A DNA stretch of 64,000 nt from Candidatus Roizmanbacteria bacterium CG_4_9_14_0_2_um_filter_38_17 (lineage in GTDB: Bacteria > Patescibacteriota > Microgenomatia > GCA-00278855): positions 6,142 to 70,141 of the forward strand of contig PFSB01000026.1 in NCBI GenBank assembly GCA_002788855.1. The letters are read 5' to 3'. The translations under genes were made by a program, and so were the position numbers. Under the pieces are notes generated by a model, which worked only from the letters and a program-made list of their open reading frames with translations, made no database searches and had not been told where the DNA came from. Shown one piece after another: positions 19,835-29,349 of this stretch; the first letter of the stretch is position 1; each line of letters begins with the position of its first letter.

Positions 19835-20641
19835 TCATAGATGTGTAATTAGCTTATGGAATAATTTTGTGGCTTCAAATCCTAAATAACGCTCTAATAA
19901 GAGCTGGGAGGGGAGAGCTGGGTCATCTTTTCTGATTGAAGCATACTGAAAAGTAATGCTAAGAGTTAATTTTTTATTCTGGATTGATTCAGAAGAAAGG
20001 CCAGCATAAGAGTCTAAAAACTGTGCGTAGCGCTGATTTAGCTCTTCGAGCTTGAATACTTTCCAAAGAATACTACGCACTTCTACTGCTGTCTGAAAAG
20101 TGCTTTTAATATCTAGGATAGATATTAAAATTTCACCCGGAAGACTATATTTTTTGCTAAATTTCTGAATGATTGGGCTTGGATTGTATGGGGTAATATA
20201 TACGCTATTTTGAAGCATCGCTGCGTTATGTTTTAGAAGAAGTCTCTGGAACATTACACGCTTAGAGTTGGCTTTGGTAGGAATATCGTAGTTAATAAGA
20301 TAAAGTTTACCTTTCCATGGTTTAGGTTCTACTTCAAGCTGTAGCTTAGTCCGGGCTTTTGTTTTTCCAAGTTTGGTAATAGTAATAGTCCTGTCAGCTG
20401 AATTATCTACAAGGCCTTGTTGGATAAGAGAATAGAGAGCGCGGCGTATTTGGGTTTTAGCAAATTTGGTAAGAAGATAGTCTGCTTGGTTAAAATCACA
20501 CATTCCAGGAATGTGCATCACATTCCTGGAATGTACAAGCTTGTTAATATACAAAAAGTACAGAAGAACATTGGATACTCCGTCTGTAGTACCAAATGTA
20601 AGCTCGCGAATTTTGTCTTTTTGCTTAGAGTTGGTTGGCAT
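19835..20641 (-). CDS. PaaX-like transcriptional regulator (wHTH, Cas2-like central domain, PaaX_C)
   Basis: ITKLGK, WKGKLYLINYDIP, LQNSVYITP, DPALPSQLL. Confidence 0.8.
   Translation of the reverse strand: MPTNSKQKDKIRELTFGTTDGVSNVLLYFLYINKLVHSRNVMHIPGMCDFNQADYLLTKFAKTQIRRALYSLIQQGLVDNSADRTITITKLGKTKARTKLQLEVEPKPWKGKLYLINYDIPTKANSKRVMFQRLLLKHNAAMLQNSVYITPYNPSPIIQKFSKKYSLPGEILISILDIKSTFQTAVEVRSILWKVFKLEELNQRYAQFLDSYAGLSSESIQNKKLTLSITFQYASIRKDDPALPSQLLLERYLGFEATKLFHKLITHL
20500..20534. repeat. palindrome doublet ACATTCCAGGAATGT / ACATTCCTGGAATGT inside the PaaX-like ORF
   Basis: Same motif at 27106-27120. Confidence 0.75.
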
Positions 20642-20662
20642 GGTTCTATTATTACATAGATC

Positions 20663-20678
20663 TGTTTCATGTGAAACT
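20663..20678. promoter_or_regulatory. palindrome TGTTTCATGTGAAACT (parS-like or operator) between the divergent paaX-like gene and tyrS
   Basis: 14/16 match to parS TGTTTCACGTGAAACA; weaker copy at 62953-62968. Confidence 0.4.
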
Positions 20679-20716
20679 GGTTTATATAATTATTATTTCT
20701 GATATACTATCAAGAT

Positions 20717-21913
20717 ATGGACAAAATAGATGAGCTTTTAACTAGAGGAGTAGACACCATCTACCCATCTAAGGAGGAGCTTGAGAAAGTCTTAAGATCT
20801 GGTAAAAAAATACGAATATATCAGGGTTTTGATCCAACTGGTACACAGCTACACATTGGGCATGCTGTGGCACTAATGAAGTTGAGAAATTTCCAGGAAT
20901 TGGGCCACAAAGTAATATTTTTAATTGGTGATTTTACTGCGATGATTGGTGACCCATCTGGAAAAATAAAAGGTGCACGTAAAATGATAAGCCGGGAGGA
21001 AGTGTTAAAAAATGCTGAAACATACGAGACACAGGCATCTAGAATATTAAGATTTAGCGGTAAAAACAAGGTTAAGGTTAAATTTAATAGTCAGTGGCTT
21101 GGAAAGATGTCAGCAATAGAATTTCTAAGAATGTCAGATTATCTTACTTTTGCGCAAATTATTAAGCGTGATTTATTTAGAAAAAGAGAGCAAGAAGGTC
21201 AAGATATATATGCAAATGAATTTATGTATCCAATATTACAAGGGTATGACTCGGTAGCAATGGATGTTGATGCAGAAATTGGAGGTACAGATCAGATGTT
21301 TAACATGCTTGTTGGTCGTGATTTACTAAAGAGAATGAAGAAAAAAGAAAAGTTTGTAATTACGGTTCCGTTACTCACTGATACCCAAGGCAATAAGATC
21401 GGCAAATCGGAGGGAAATGTGATCGGAATTACAGATACACCCGAGGATCTGTATGGCAAGATAATGAGCCTGCCAGACTCTGCAATTATTCCCTGTTTTG
21501 AATTAATAACTAATCTCACAATGACTGAAGTTGAGAAGATAAAAAATGAACTCAAGACTGATTCTGCCAATCCAATGGAATATAAAAAGCGCCTAGCTCG
21601 TCAGATAGTAGAGCAATATAACAATGCTGACGCAGCTACAGCTGCCCAGAGATTTTTTGAAGCTAAATATCAGGAGGGAAACAAAAACGAAGCAGCAGAG
21701 GAAATTTCAATTAAAAAACCTATGGGATTGGTTGCTCTAATTAGTAAGCTAGATGATAATCGCTCGAGTAGTGACATTAAAAGATTGATAAAGCAAGGTG
21801 GTATAAAAATTAATGGAAAAAAGAATGTCGATATGGCATATAGCTATGAACCCAAAGATGATGATATAATAGAGATAGGTAAGCATAGGGTATTTAGGGT
21901 AAAGAGCAAATAG
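20717..21913 (+). CDS. tyrS: tyrosine--tRNA ligase
   Basis: GFDPTG..LHIGH, YPILQGYD, GGTDQ, KIGKS, C-terminal S4 domain. Confidence 0.97.
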   Translation: MDKIDELLTRGVDTIYPSKEELEKVLRSGKKIRIYQGFDPTGTQLHIGHAVALMKLRNFQELGHKVIFLIGDFTAMIGDPSGKIKGARKMISREEVLKNAETYETQASRILRFSGKNKVKVKFNSQWLGKMSAIEFLRMSDYLTFAQIIKRDLFRKREQEGQDIYANEFMYPILQGYDSVAMDVDAEIGGTDQMFNMLVGRDLLKRMKKKEKFVITVPLLTDTQGNKIGKSEGNVIGITDTPEDLYGKIMSLPDSAIIPCFELITNLTMTEVEKIKNELKTDSANPMEYKKRLARQIVEQYNNADAATAAQRFFEAKYQEGNKNEAAEEISIKKPMGLVALISKLDDNRSSSDIKRLIKQGGIKINGKKNVDMAYSYEPKDDDIIEIGKHRVFRVKSK

Positions 21914-21914
21914 C

Positions 21915-22022
21915 ATGGACTATATTCGTAAACATCGTCGCGTTTTTCAGGTGGTGTTTGTGATAGCAACCCTAGCATTACTTATAACATCATTTGCCCC
22001 ATTGTTTATCTTAGGATTTTAA
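21915..22022 (+). CDS. 35-aa single-TM small protein (not in ORF track)
   Basis: MDYIRKHRRVFQVVFVIATLALLITSFAPLFILGF*; fills the tyrS-rpmF gap with 1-nt spacers. Confidence 0.65.
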   Translation: MDYIRKHRRVFQVVFVIATLALLITSFAPLFILGF

Positions 22023-22023
22023 A

Positions 22024-22194
22024 ATGGCAGTACCAAAACAACGCACATCAACCCAAAGAAAGGGTAAAAGAAGAGCAGGTCAACCAGGTGTTAAAGCAAC
22101 ACAGTTGGTGAAGTGTAAGAACTGTGATGAGCTAAAAACACCGCATACAATTTGTAAGAGCTGTGGAACCTATCGCGGACGAGAGTATAAGTAA
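22024..22194 (+). CDS. rpmF: 50S ribosomal protein L32 (not in ORF track)
   Basis: MAVPKQRTS...CKNC...[13 protein letters not shown]. Confidence 0.95.
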   Translation: MAVPKQRTSTQRKGKRRAGQPGVKATQLVKCKNCDELKTPHTICKSCGTYRGREYK

Positions 22195-22196
22195 CG

Positions 22197-22565
22197 GTGA
22201 AAACAGAAAAAGACCCCAGACATATTCAGAGGAGAAGAATTGTGCAGGACCTGTTTGCTTATAGTTTTAAGAAACAGAGATTGCTAGATACAAAGTCTAA
22301 AGATATAATTGCGCAGCTATCTGAAATAGATATAAATATATCCAAAGCAGCACCAGCATGGCCAATCAATAAGATTTCTAAAATAGATCTAGCTATACTT
22401 AGACTAGCAGTCTATGAACTATTACTGGAAAAGTCCGCGCCATCAAAGGTTATAATTGACGAAGCTATTGAACTGGCTAAGGAATTTGGCGGTGACTCGT
22501 CACCAGCTTTCGTGAACGGAGTTTTAGGTAAGATAATAACTATAAATGAAAACACTAATAACTAA
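22197..22565 (+). CDS. nusB: transcription antitermination factor NusB
   Basis: [34 protein letters not shown]. Confidence 0.95.
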   Translation: MKTEKDPRHIQRRRIVQDLFAYSFKKQRLLDTKSKDIIAQLSEIDINISKAAPAWPINKISKIDLAILRLAVYELLLEKSAPSKVIIDEAIELAKEFGGDSSPAFVNGVLGKIITINENTNN

Positions 22566-23214
22566 GCTTGGGGTAGATTTTCAGAATGAAGAGCTTTTGG
22601 ATAAGGCGTTAACGCATCGTTCCTACCTAAATGAGTCTGACGCACTAGAATCTAATGAGCGAATGGAGTTTTTAGGAGATGCGGTTTTAGAGCTAGTTGT
22701 CTCTGAATACCTCTTTATTAACTATCCTGCTGAACATGAAGGTATACTGACCAACTACCGCTCCGCATTAGTGAAAACCGAGAGCTTAGCTGAGACTGCT
22801 CGCAAATTAGATCTGGGCGATAAACTAAAGATGAGCAAAGGTGAAGAACAAAATGGCGGTAGAGATAACACGTCGCTTTTAGCAAATACTTTTGAAGCTG
22901 TTATTGGAGCAATTTACCTTGATCAAGGAGTACCTGCTGTGAAAAAGGTACTGCATATATATCTATTACCTGAACTAGACGAGATTATCCGCTCAAAAGC
23001 ATATATAGACTTTAAGAGCAAACTACAGGCAATAGTCCAAGAACGACTGAAAGTTACACCTACTTATAAGGTAACAAAAGAGAAAGGCCCTGATCATGAA
23101 AAACACTTTTACGTTACCTGCAATGCAGGTAAACGAGTATTGGGCAAAGGAGAGGGGAAGAGTAAGCAGGGTGCTGAGCAAGCCTCCGCAGAGGCAGCGC
23201 TAAATTTATGGTAG
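22546..23214 (+). CDS. rnc: ribonuclease III
   Basis: [29 protein letters not shown], dsRBD. Confidence 0.97.
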   Translation: MKTLITKLGVDFQNEELLDKALTHRSYLNESDALESNERMEFLGDAVLELVVSEYLFINYPAEHEGILTNYRSALVKTESLAETARKLDLGDKLKMSKGEEQNGGRDNTSLLANTFEAVIGAIYLDQGVPAVKKVLHIYLLPELDEIIRSKAYIDFKSKLQAIVQERLKVTPTYKVTKEKGPDHEKHFYVTCNAGKRVLGKGEGKSKQGAEQASAEAALNLW

Positions 23215-23224
23215 AATATCCATT

Positions 23225-23461
23225 ATGGCAGTTAAGATAAGATTAGCGCGATTTGGTAAAAAAAATAACCCCCATTATAGGGTGGCGGTGGCTGATTCCA
23301 GAAATAAACGGGATGGCAAAGTGATTGAGTATATTGGCACTTATGATCCATCTAATAAGAAAGATGGCTTTAAGGTTAACATAGAGAAATTTGAGTACTG
23401 GGTTTTACAAGGAGCACAAGCCTCAGATACGGTGTCTAATCTTGTAAAGAAAGCAAAATGA
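23225..23461 (+). CDS. rpsP: 30S ribosomal protein S16
   Basis: MAVKIRLARFGKKNNPHYRV..DSR..RDG. Confidence 0.97.
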   Translation: MAVKIRLARFGKKNNPHYRVAVADSRNKRDGKVIEYIGTYDPSNKKDGFKVNIEKFEYWVLQGAQASDTVSNLVKKAK

Positions 23462-23688
23462 AACAATTAACTCAGTACATCTTAGAAAATATAACTAGAC
23501 ATCCAGACGATGTTTCGATACAGGAAGAAAAGGAAGATCAGAAGATTAATCTTTCTGTAAGCTTAAATGAAGAAGATGTTCCAAAGGTGATAGGTAAAGA
23601 AGGAAAAGTTATTCGTTCTATAAGAAACATTGTTAAAACTTCAGCACGCAAAAAAGACCTCTGGGTTAATCTTACAATCGACGCTTAA
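23458..23688 (+). CDS. khpA: KH-domain RNA-binding protein KhpA (UPF0109)
   Basis: VIGKEGKVIRSIR; follows rpsP. Confidence 0.85.
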   Translation: MKQLTQYILENITRHPDDVSIQEEKEDQKINLSVSLNEEDVPKVIGKEGKVIRSIRNIVKTSARKKDLWVNLTIDA

Positions 23689-23703
23689 TCTACCAATAGA
23701 CGC

Positions 23704-24417
23704 TTAAAGGGAAAAGGGGTTTTCTCGAGCAGTAAATTCCGGAGCAGTATCTTGTGGCTTGGTCCATTGTATTAATTGAATTTCTGCCAATAACTCCTTT
23801 TGAGCAACAGATAATTGAGGTAGTTTATCTATAATTGTGCCGATTGATTCAGGAAAAGGTTCAGACACATTAATTAAACTTATACTCTCTGTAAGTACTG
23901 CTGAAAGTGATGATTCCTTACTTGTGAAGTCTAAATTTAGCGAATCAATAGAAAGTACTCTTCCAGAATCTATTAGATTCTTATTAAAATTAAATAGTTC
24001 TTCTCTAGTTCCTTTAATATCAAGATCAAGAGGTAGCTCGCCTGAGCCACCAAGCTCGCTCTGAGCAACTTGAAAATCACCAAGAGACACATTGGTCTCT
24101 TGGGCGCGGGCACTAAAATATCCCATAATCTCGAATACCTCATTTTCAGCTGGTAGGAACTGTTGAGACCTCTCGATAGCATCGCGTAGATCATTTTGAT
24201 CAAGAGTAGTTAAAATAGCCAGCTTATTCTCCAGAATGCTGACCTGTTCTTCATTTTGGGAAATTTTGCTCCAGCTATCCTTAATGGCTATGGCATTTGG
24301 GTAAACAAATATGGCAAAAATCGCCAATATAACTATAATAACTGTGACAAGTAGCATCACAATGCCATATGCCTTGAGATCATCTAAACTAAATTCCTGC
24401 TTATTTTTTTGTTCCAT
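23704..24417 (-). CDS. type IV pilus alignment protein, PilO-like
   Basis: TM plus coiled coil, ends RENPF; position after pilM/pilN. Confidence 0.7.
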   Translation of the reverse strand: MEQKNKQEFSLDDLKAYGIVMLLVTVIIVILAIFAIFVYPNAIAIKDSWSKISQNEEQVSILENKLAILTTLDQNDLRDAIERSQQFLPAENEVFEIMGYFSARAQETNVSLGDFQVAQSELGGSGELPLDLDIKGTREELFNFNKNLIDSGRVLSIDSLNLDFTSKESSLSAVLTESISLINVSEPFPESIGTIIDKLPQLSVAQKELLAEIQLIQWTKPQDTAPEFTARENPFSL

Positions 24418-24955
24418 TTGTATAACTCACAGTTAATTTAAGAATATGATTACCATTGTCATCAATGTCTGTGCTATCCGCGATGATCTTGGAATCTACC
24501 TCGAGGTTTGCTACAACCTTGTTTAAAGCCTGTAAAACAAGCTTAACATCTTTTGCGCGTCCAGTATTAATGCCAAATTGAAATTGGCCTTCCGAAATAC
24601 TTAAGTCTGTTACCTCACCATAAGGTGAAAGAGCAGTGTGTAATATTTCAGGTAACTGCGTAATAAAACCTTGCTTCTGTCGATACTTAAGAATTGTTTC
24701 AAGTCTGGATGTGAGAGTTAGGTATAGTCCCTCTGTCTGTTTTAGGACTTCAATCTCTGTGCTTAGCTCAACAATTTTAGCTTCCTGTTTTTCTACAGAA
24801 ACTACTATGGTCTTTTTAAGAACAAGCATGGTGCCAAGCGTTACAATCAAAAGAGCAGTAAGCACGATGAGCACCATAAATATGCGCCTCTGGAGACCGT
24901 CCAGCTGGGGCTTATTCTTTTTCTTTTTTTGTAAATTTACTGTCTGAGATGGCAT
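24401..24955 (-). CDS. type IV pilus alignment protein, PilN-like
   Basis: VNL motif, TM, coiled coil; follows pilM. Confidence 0.65.
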   Translation of the reverse strand: MPSQTVNLQKKKKNKPQLDGLQRRIFMVLIVLTALLIVTLGTMLVLKKTIVVSVEKQEAKIVELSTEIEVLKQTEGLYLTLTSRLETILKYRQKQGFITQLPEILHTALSPYGEVTDLSISEGQFQFGINTGRAKDVKLVLQALNKVVANLEVDSKIIADSTDIDDNGNHILKLTVSYTNGTKK

Positions 24956-24963
24956 TTTTTTTA

Positions 24964-25977
24964 TTAAATCATGGCTAGACCTACTGCTGCTGTAAATGCA
25001 GATGCCGATGCTGATGGAGCATCTACGCCTTTGGTGAAGCTTAACCCGGCAAAAGGATCTCCTCGCTGTACTTCAACGCCAAATTGCTCAGCTATTAGCT
25101 TTACAATTCCAGGCATCAATGCTCCTTCACCAGTTAAAAAGACAAGTTTGACTTGATGATTTGGATACTGATCGTGGAAATATATAAAGCCGTTATTTAA
25201 CTCGCGCACAAACTGATCTATAAGTGGTTTTATGGCATTGTACACTTTTCCATCTAGCTGGCTAGGATCTACTCCATATGTAACCTTATACCTATCAGCT
25301 TGCTGGGGATTTAGATTAAATTCCTGACTTATTGCACGAGTAATCGCGCGCCCTCCAGTACTAATGGAGTTGGTAAAAAGAATATTAGAATTAGTAAAGA
25401 AGGCAAAGTCTGAAGAATACTCACCAAGCTCAATAACCGCAGATACATAGTCATCTGGTGTATTTCTAGATAAAGCACGAATTGAACTTAAAATTCGAGT
25501 TTCAACGTGTTGAGGATTTAATCCCGCTGCTTTTATTAATTCGTTATACTTGTCTATCAAGTTCAGAGGCGCAGCTGAAATTAAAACCCGCATTGAGTTA
25601 TTAGCCGAGTCTTTATTGAGAATATTATAGCCAAAACTAACATCCTCTAAAGGCAAGGGGACGTACTGCTCAGCTTGCCATTTCATAGCTGAATCCATCT
25701 CTTTTTGAGATAAAAGTGGCGTCGTTATTACCTGAGTAAAGGCCTGCGACTCGGGTAGGGCAGTGTTAATGTTTTTACTACTCACTCGAACTTCTTTAAG
25801 AAGCTGTTTAATACGACTTGCAGTTTCTTTAATATCATCCTTAGAATCTATTACTGGTTGGGAAATAGGGGAGGAAATCGCTCCATATGTAATAACCTTC
25901 CAGCTTTTTTTTACTGATTCCAGTTCCACAACTCGGATATATTTAGCGTCTATGTCTATACCTATTGATCTTCCCAT
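24964..25977 (-). CDS. pilM: type IV pilus assembly protein PilM
   Basis: IGIDID, WQAEQYVPLP, LTGEGALMPG, AVGLAM. Confidence 0.9.
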   Translation of the reverse strand: MGRSIGIDIDAKYIRVVELESVKKSWKVITYGAISSPISQPVIDSKDDIKETASRIKQLLKEVRVSSKNINTALPESQAFTQVITTPLLSQKEMDSAMKWQAEQYVPLPLEDVSFGYNILNKDSANNSMRVLISAAPLNLIDKYNELIKAAGLNPQHVETRILSSIRALSRNTPDDYVSAVIELGEYSSDFAFFTNSNILFTNSISTGGRAITRAISQEFNLNPQQADRYKVTYGVDPSQLDGKVYNAIKPLIDQFVRELNNGFIYFHDQYPNHQVKLVFLTGEGALMPGIVKLIAEQFGVEVQRGDPFAGLSFTKGVDAPSASASAFTAAVGLAMI

Positions 25978-25979
25978 GG

Positions 25980-26867
25980 CTATTTTGTGAGTGCCTCTTC
26001 TGAATAGATTACAGTGTCAAAAATTTCTGGTGGCGCTGGAAATGAAATGAACTGAATTAGTTTAGTCTGCTGACCACCATCAGTAGTCCCCAGTGATATA
26101 TGCTCCTCGCCCTGAAGCGGAAGACTATCATCAACGGGAGCTATTCCTAGTCTGGTAGTTCCACTATTTTCAACAATTGGTCTTAGTTTAAGCATTAATG
26201 GAACATAAGTTCCTGAAGTATTATATTGTGTAAGAGGATTTGACTTCATTGTAGTTAAATTTACAGTTGTTCTGTGAGTAAATGAGTCTGAGCCACAAGC
26301 CACAACTCCTGAAGCAAGCTGAGGAATATTTATGGCTCCTTCAACAAGCGTGCTGCCCGAGGGATTATATACTTCACGAGCCAAGTAATATGTTCCGGCG
26401 TTGTTTTTGTAGTAAAACGTTACTTCAAAAGCTGACAGCTCGCCGCCATCTTCTCCCCAGCATAATTCAATAGTACTACCAAAATACTTATCTGTAGCGC
26501 TTTGAGTTCTATAGTCATTGAGCCAAACGGTAATTGGCTGATTACTATACAGTTCTCCTGGAAATATATAAGAAGATGTGGTTCCACCTACCTCAACTAT
26601 ATCTACATTGTACTTAGCATCTCTACCACCTGATCCAACTGTGCCAGTGGGTAATGGGCCAAAGATTCCCAACTGCTGCGCGGCAGCTTCTAATCCTGCT
26701 TCTGCCGCTGAAAAAGCACGTGAGCTTTCCTCAATTTCAGTAGCTATATTACTATCGTCTGTGGTACGGGAAGCAAGAGATAGTCCTAGAGTTAGCCCAA
26801 TAGCAGACACCAATAACACCACAATAAGTACTTGGCCTTTTTCTTTAATTGCAGGGCAGTGCTTCAT
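25980..26867 (-). CDS. PilX-like minor pilin
   Basis: KGQVLIVVLLV, RAFSAAEAGLE. Confidence 0.8.
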   Translation of the reverse strand: MKHCPAIKEKGQVLIVVLLVSAIGLTLGLSLASRTTDDSNIATEIEESSRAFSAAEAGLEAAAQQLGIFGPLPTGTVGSGGRDAKYNVDIVEVGGTTSSYIFPGELYSNQPITVWLNDYRTQSATDKYFGSTIELCWGEDGGELSAFEVTFYYKNNAGTYYLAREVYNPSGSTLVEGAINIPQLASGVVACGSDSFTHRTTVNLTTMKSNPLTQYNTSGTYVPLMLKLRPIVENSGTTRLGIAPVDDSLPLQGEEHISLGTTDGGQQTKLIQFISFPAPPEIFDTVIYSEEALTK

Positions 26868-26915
26868 GTCTATAAGTATAATGAAAAATAAGGTGAACTG
26901 TCAACTAGAATTAAT

Positions 26916-26961
26916 GTAACCATTCACGATTTGACAAAGGGTTCAAAGCCAAGCTCTATAC
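26916..26961. mobile_element. isolated left end of the IS66-type MITE
   Basis: GTAACCATTCACGATTTGACAAAGGGTTCAAAGCCAAGCT aligns to 39676-39715; no right end seen. Confidence 0.65.
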
Positions 26962-26967
26962 TTTATC

Positions 26968-27056
26968 TGTCATCCCCAACCCGCTTCGACCGCGAAGCGA
27001 GGCGAGCTTGATTGGGGGATCCATCTTTCTGGATTCCCGCCTGCGCGGGAATGACA
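26968..27056. repeat. TGTCATCCCC...ATTCCCGCCTGCGCGGGAATGACA palindromic element (dRS3-like core) with nested GC hairpin
   Basis: ATTCCC-N8-GGGAAT at 27033-27052; terminal TGTCAT/ATGACA inverted repeat. Confidence 0.75.
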
Positions 27057-27082
27057 AGAAAAAGTCAGGGATGACAAGAGGT

Positions 27083-27123
27083 AAATCCAGGAATGTCAAC
27101 GTAGTACATTCCAGGAATGGGTT
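27083..27123. repeat. 41-bp imperfect direct repeat, left of alaX
   Basis: 31/41 identical to 27875-27915. Confidence 0.75.
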
Positions 27124-27166
27124 TTATGTTAAATTGGGATTTTAGCTTTCATGCTATCATCTACTT

Positions 27167-27871
27167 ATGAAAACAAAGCAAATCTATTATACAGAGCCGT
27201 ACAGGAAAACATTAACTTGTAATGTTATTGACGTTAAGATGGGAGACAATCTCACAGATGTAGTTCTTGATCAAACTATTTTTTATCCAGAGGGAGGAGG
27301 ACAGCCATCAGACAAAGGCTTATTAGGTGAGGCAAAAGTAGTATATGTACGTCTTATAGACGGAGAGATAGTACATCAAATAAAAGGTCGTATAGAAAAA
27401 GATCAGAAGGTTCAAGCTAATATAAATTGGGACAGAAGATATAAATATATGAAACGCCACACAGCCGGACATGTGCTTCACGATGTACTAATGACAATGA
27501 CCAATAAAATAATCCCAATACGCGGAGGGCATGGAAATAAGGCATTTTTAGAATATCAAGGAGTGGTTAACTCAGATATTAAGTCCGAATTAGAAGCAGA
27601 AATAAATAGAGTTATACAACAAGACTTATCAGTAATAACAAGCGAAACAACACAGGAAGAGCTAATAAGAGATTGTAAATTTGTTCTTCTGAATTTGCCA
27701 AAAAGTAAAAAATTGCGAATGATCAAAATAGGGGAATTTCCTCCAATGCCAGACGGTGGGATACACGTCAAGTCTACCAAAGAGATTGGACAGATCTGGA
27801 TTTCTAGTATTTCAGCACAAGAAAACAAGACAACTATTCGTTACGGTGTTACATCTAACCCGGAGAAATAA
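27167..27871 (+). CDS. AlaX-type alanyl-tRNA editing protein, antisense within the pilus operon
   Basis: LDQTIFYPEGGGQPSDKG, HTAGHVLH, DGGIHV. Confidence 0.9.
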   Translation: MKTKQIYYTEPYRKTLTCNVIDVKMGDNLTDVVLDQTIFYPEGGGQPSDKGLLGEAKVVYVRLIDGEIVHQIKGRIEKDQKVQANINWDRRYKYMKRHTAGHVLHDVLMTMTNKIIPIRGGHGNKAFLEYQGVVNSDIKSELEAEINRVIQQDLSVITSETTQEELIRDCKFVLLNLPKSKKLRMIKIGEFPPMPDGGIHVKSTKEIGQIWISSISAQENKTTIRYGVTSNPEK

Positions 27872-27874
27872 AAA

Positions 27875-27915
27875 AAATCCCGAGGTGTCAACCTAACCCA
27901 CTCCAGGAGTGGGTT
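27875..27915. repeat. 41-bp imperfect direct repeat, right of alaX
   Basis: 31/41 identical to 27083-27123. Confidence 0.75.
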
Positions 27916-27922
27916 ACTAGGA

Positions 27923-28435
27923 TTAATAATTGCGAAGGGTGACAGTTGAAGAAAAGTCTAGTGTTGAACTTGTTTGTATATCCTGCAGAGAGTAGTTGAC
28001 AACTACTCTTGGAGGAGATCCTGGGGTCTGATTGCAGGTAAAACTGCAGCTTATCATGCTTATGTTACCCGCTACTATAGTACTTTCAACCCCATCAACG
28101 CTCACTTTAATAGTTGAACTGTCACAGGAGATAGTCACTGGAACTGTAGCTCCAGATGAAGCGGGAACACTGGGGTCGCGACTACTAAAACTAATGCTGG
28201 TTGCTGTAATGGGAGGATTACAATTGGATGGGTCGGTTATCTTTCGGGCGTTTCTTAATCTTTTGGAGATATTCAGCATTGCATTGTCTCCAGATTGTCT
28301 TAATTCGATTAATGATTGAGTAGTTTGCGCACCCTTAAGATTTGCAAAAAAGATACGTGAGATAGCTACAGATAGCCCACCAAGAATGGCAACTACAACT
28401 ACAAGTTCGATGAGTGTAAATGCTTTATTTCTCAT
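27923..28435 (-). CDS. minor pilin (PilW/GspJ-like)
   Basis: AFTLIELVVV signal; ends STVTLRN. Confidence 0.85.
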   Translation of the reverse strand: MRNKAFTLIELVVVVAILGGLSVAISRIFFANLKGAQTTQSLIELRQSGDNAMLNISKRLRNARKITDPSNCNPPITATSISFSSRDPSVPASSGATVPVTISCDSSTIKVSVDGVESTIVAGNISMISCSFTCNQTPGSPPRVVVNYSLQDIQTSSTLDFSSTVTLRNY

Positions 28436-28438
28436 AAA

Positions 28439-28855
28439 TTAACGATAAATGGCCTCTCCTGGCTGACTTAATGCCATCTCTAATATTACACTATCCGACT
28501 TTCCACCAAACGCCCAGTTGACTGTTACCTCAATATTGGCCACAGTACCGTTTATAGCACAGACTGCGTCACTGCTATATGGATTTTCATCATTAACCAT
28601 TGCCGCCCAGGTGCGAGCCTGACTACTACATCCTGTTGTAAAATCTGTCCAGTTTAATTGATCTCGCTTAGAACGGATATTTTCTAACCCTTGCTGGGCA
28701 ATGGTAGTTGCACGTGTACGTAGGCGAGATTTTTGAACTGTAGCTAAACTCGCAACTGAAAGAGAAACCAGGGTTACTAGGATTAGAGCGAGCATGCCTG
28801 TAACGAGGACAAGTTCAATAAGAGCCTGACCGTTTTGTCTAGTATGGTTCTTCAT
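28439..28855 (-). CDS. minor pilin (PilV/GspI-like)
   Basis: GQALIELVL, AQQGLENIRS, VTVNW. Confidence 0.8.
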   Translation of the reverse strand: MKNHTRQNGQALIELVLVTGMLALILVTLVSLSVASLATVQKSRLRTRATTIAQQGLENIRSKRDQLNWTDFTTGCSSQARTWAAMVNDENPYSSDAVCAINGTVANIEVTVNWAFGGKSDSVILEMALSQPGEAIYR

Positions 28856-29349
28856 TAATAAGGACAAGCTGCAGCTGTCAACTCTATACCTCCACCAGTT
28901 GTGACAGATACTATTGCATTTTTTATGCTGCTATCTTGTGCATGAGCAATACAAATTGTGTAATTGTTATTACTATTACCATATGGAGAGAGAAAGGTAA
29001 GATCAAAATTAGTTGAGAGCTCTATGCGACTATCAAATTCATAGCTTTTTTGTAGCGTTTCAACTCCATCTGAGCATATTGCGGATACCGTATAAGTATT
29101 AGTTGATGCAACCCCATTAACACGATAGCCAACTAGAGAGTCACTAGCACCACAGGTCGCGGATGGTTTGTAACCAGTATTAGCGTCGCTTTGGGCTTTT
29201 CTGAGTATGGAAACAAAATCTTTGCCCTGTTCTTGAACAACCTGCTTTTTAATAAAAGCGCCGTAGTTAGCTAACCCCTGCCATGTCAGAATGGACATAA
29301 TTCCTATTACAATTATTAGCTCAATAAGAGTGAAACCTGTGAGCTTCAT
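28855..29349 (-). CDS. minor pilin (FimT/GspH-like)
   Basis: GFTLIELIIV, ILRKAQSDA, VTTGG. Confidence 0.85.
   Translation of the reverse strand: MKLTGFTLIELIIVIGIMSILTWQGLANYGAFIKKQVVQEQGKDFVSILRKAQSDANTGYKPSATCGASDSLVGYRVNGVASTNTYTVSAICSDGVETLQKSYEFDSRIELSTNFDLTFLSPYGNSNNNYTICIAHAQDSSIKNAIVSVTTGGGIELTAAACPY

Noticed and set aside
19835-20641. Cas2/CRISPR call for the YDIP...LQNSVY protein
   Set aside because: The motif lies within a PaaX architecture; no cas1 and no repeat-spacer array were seen in the window.
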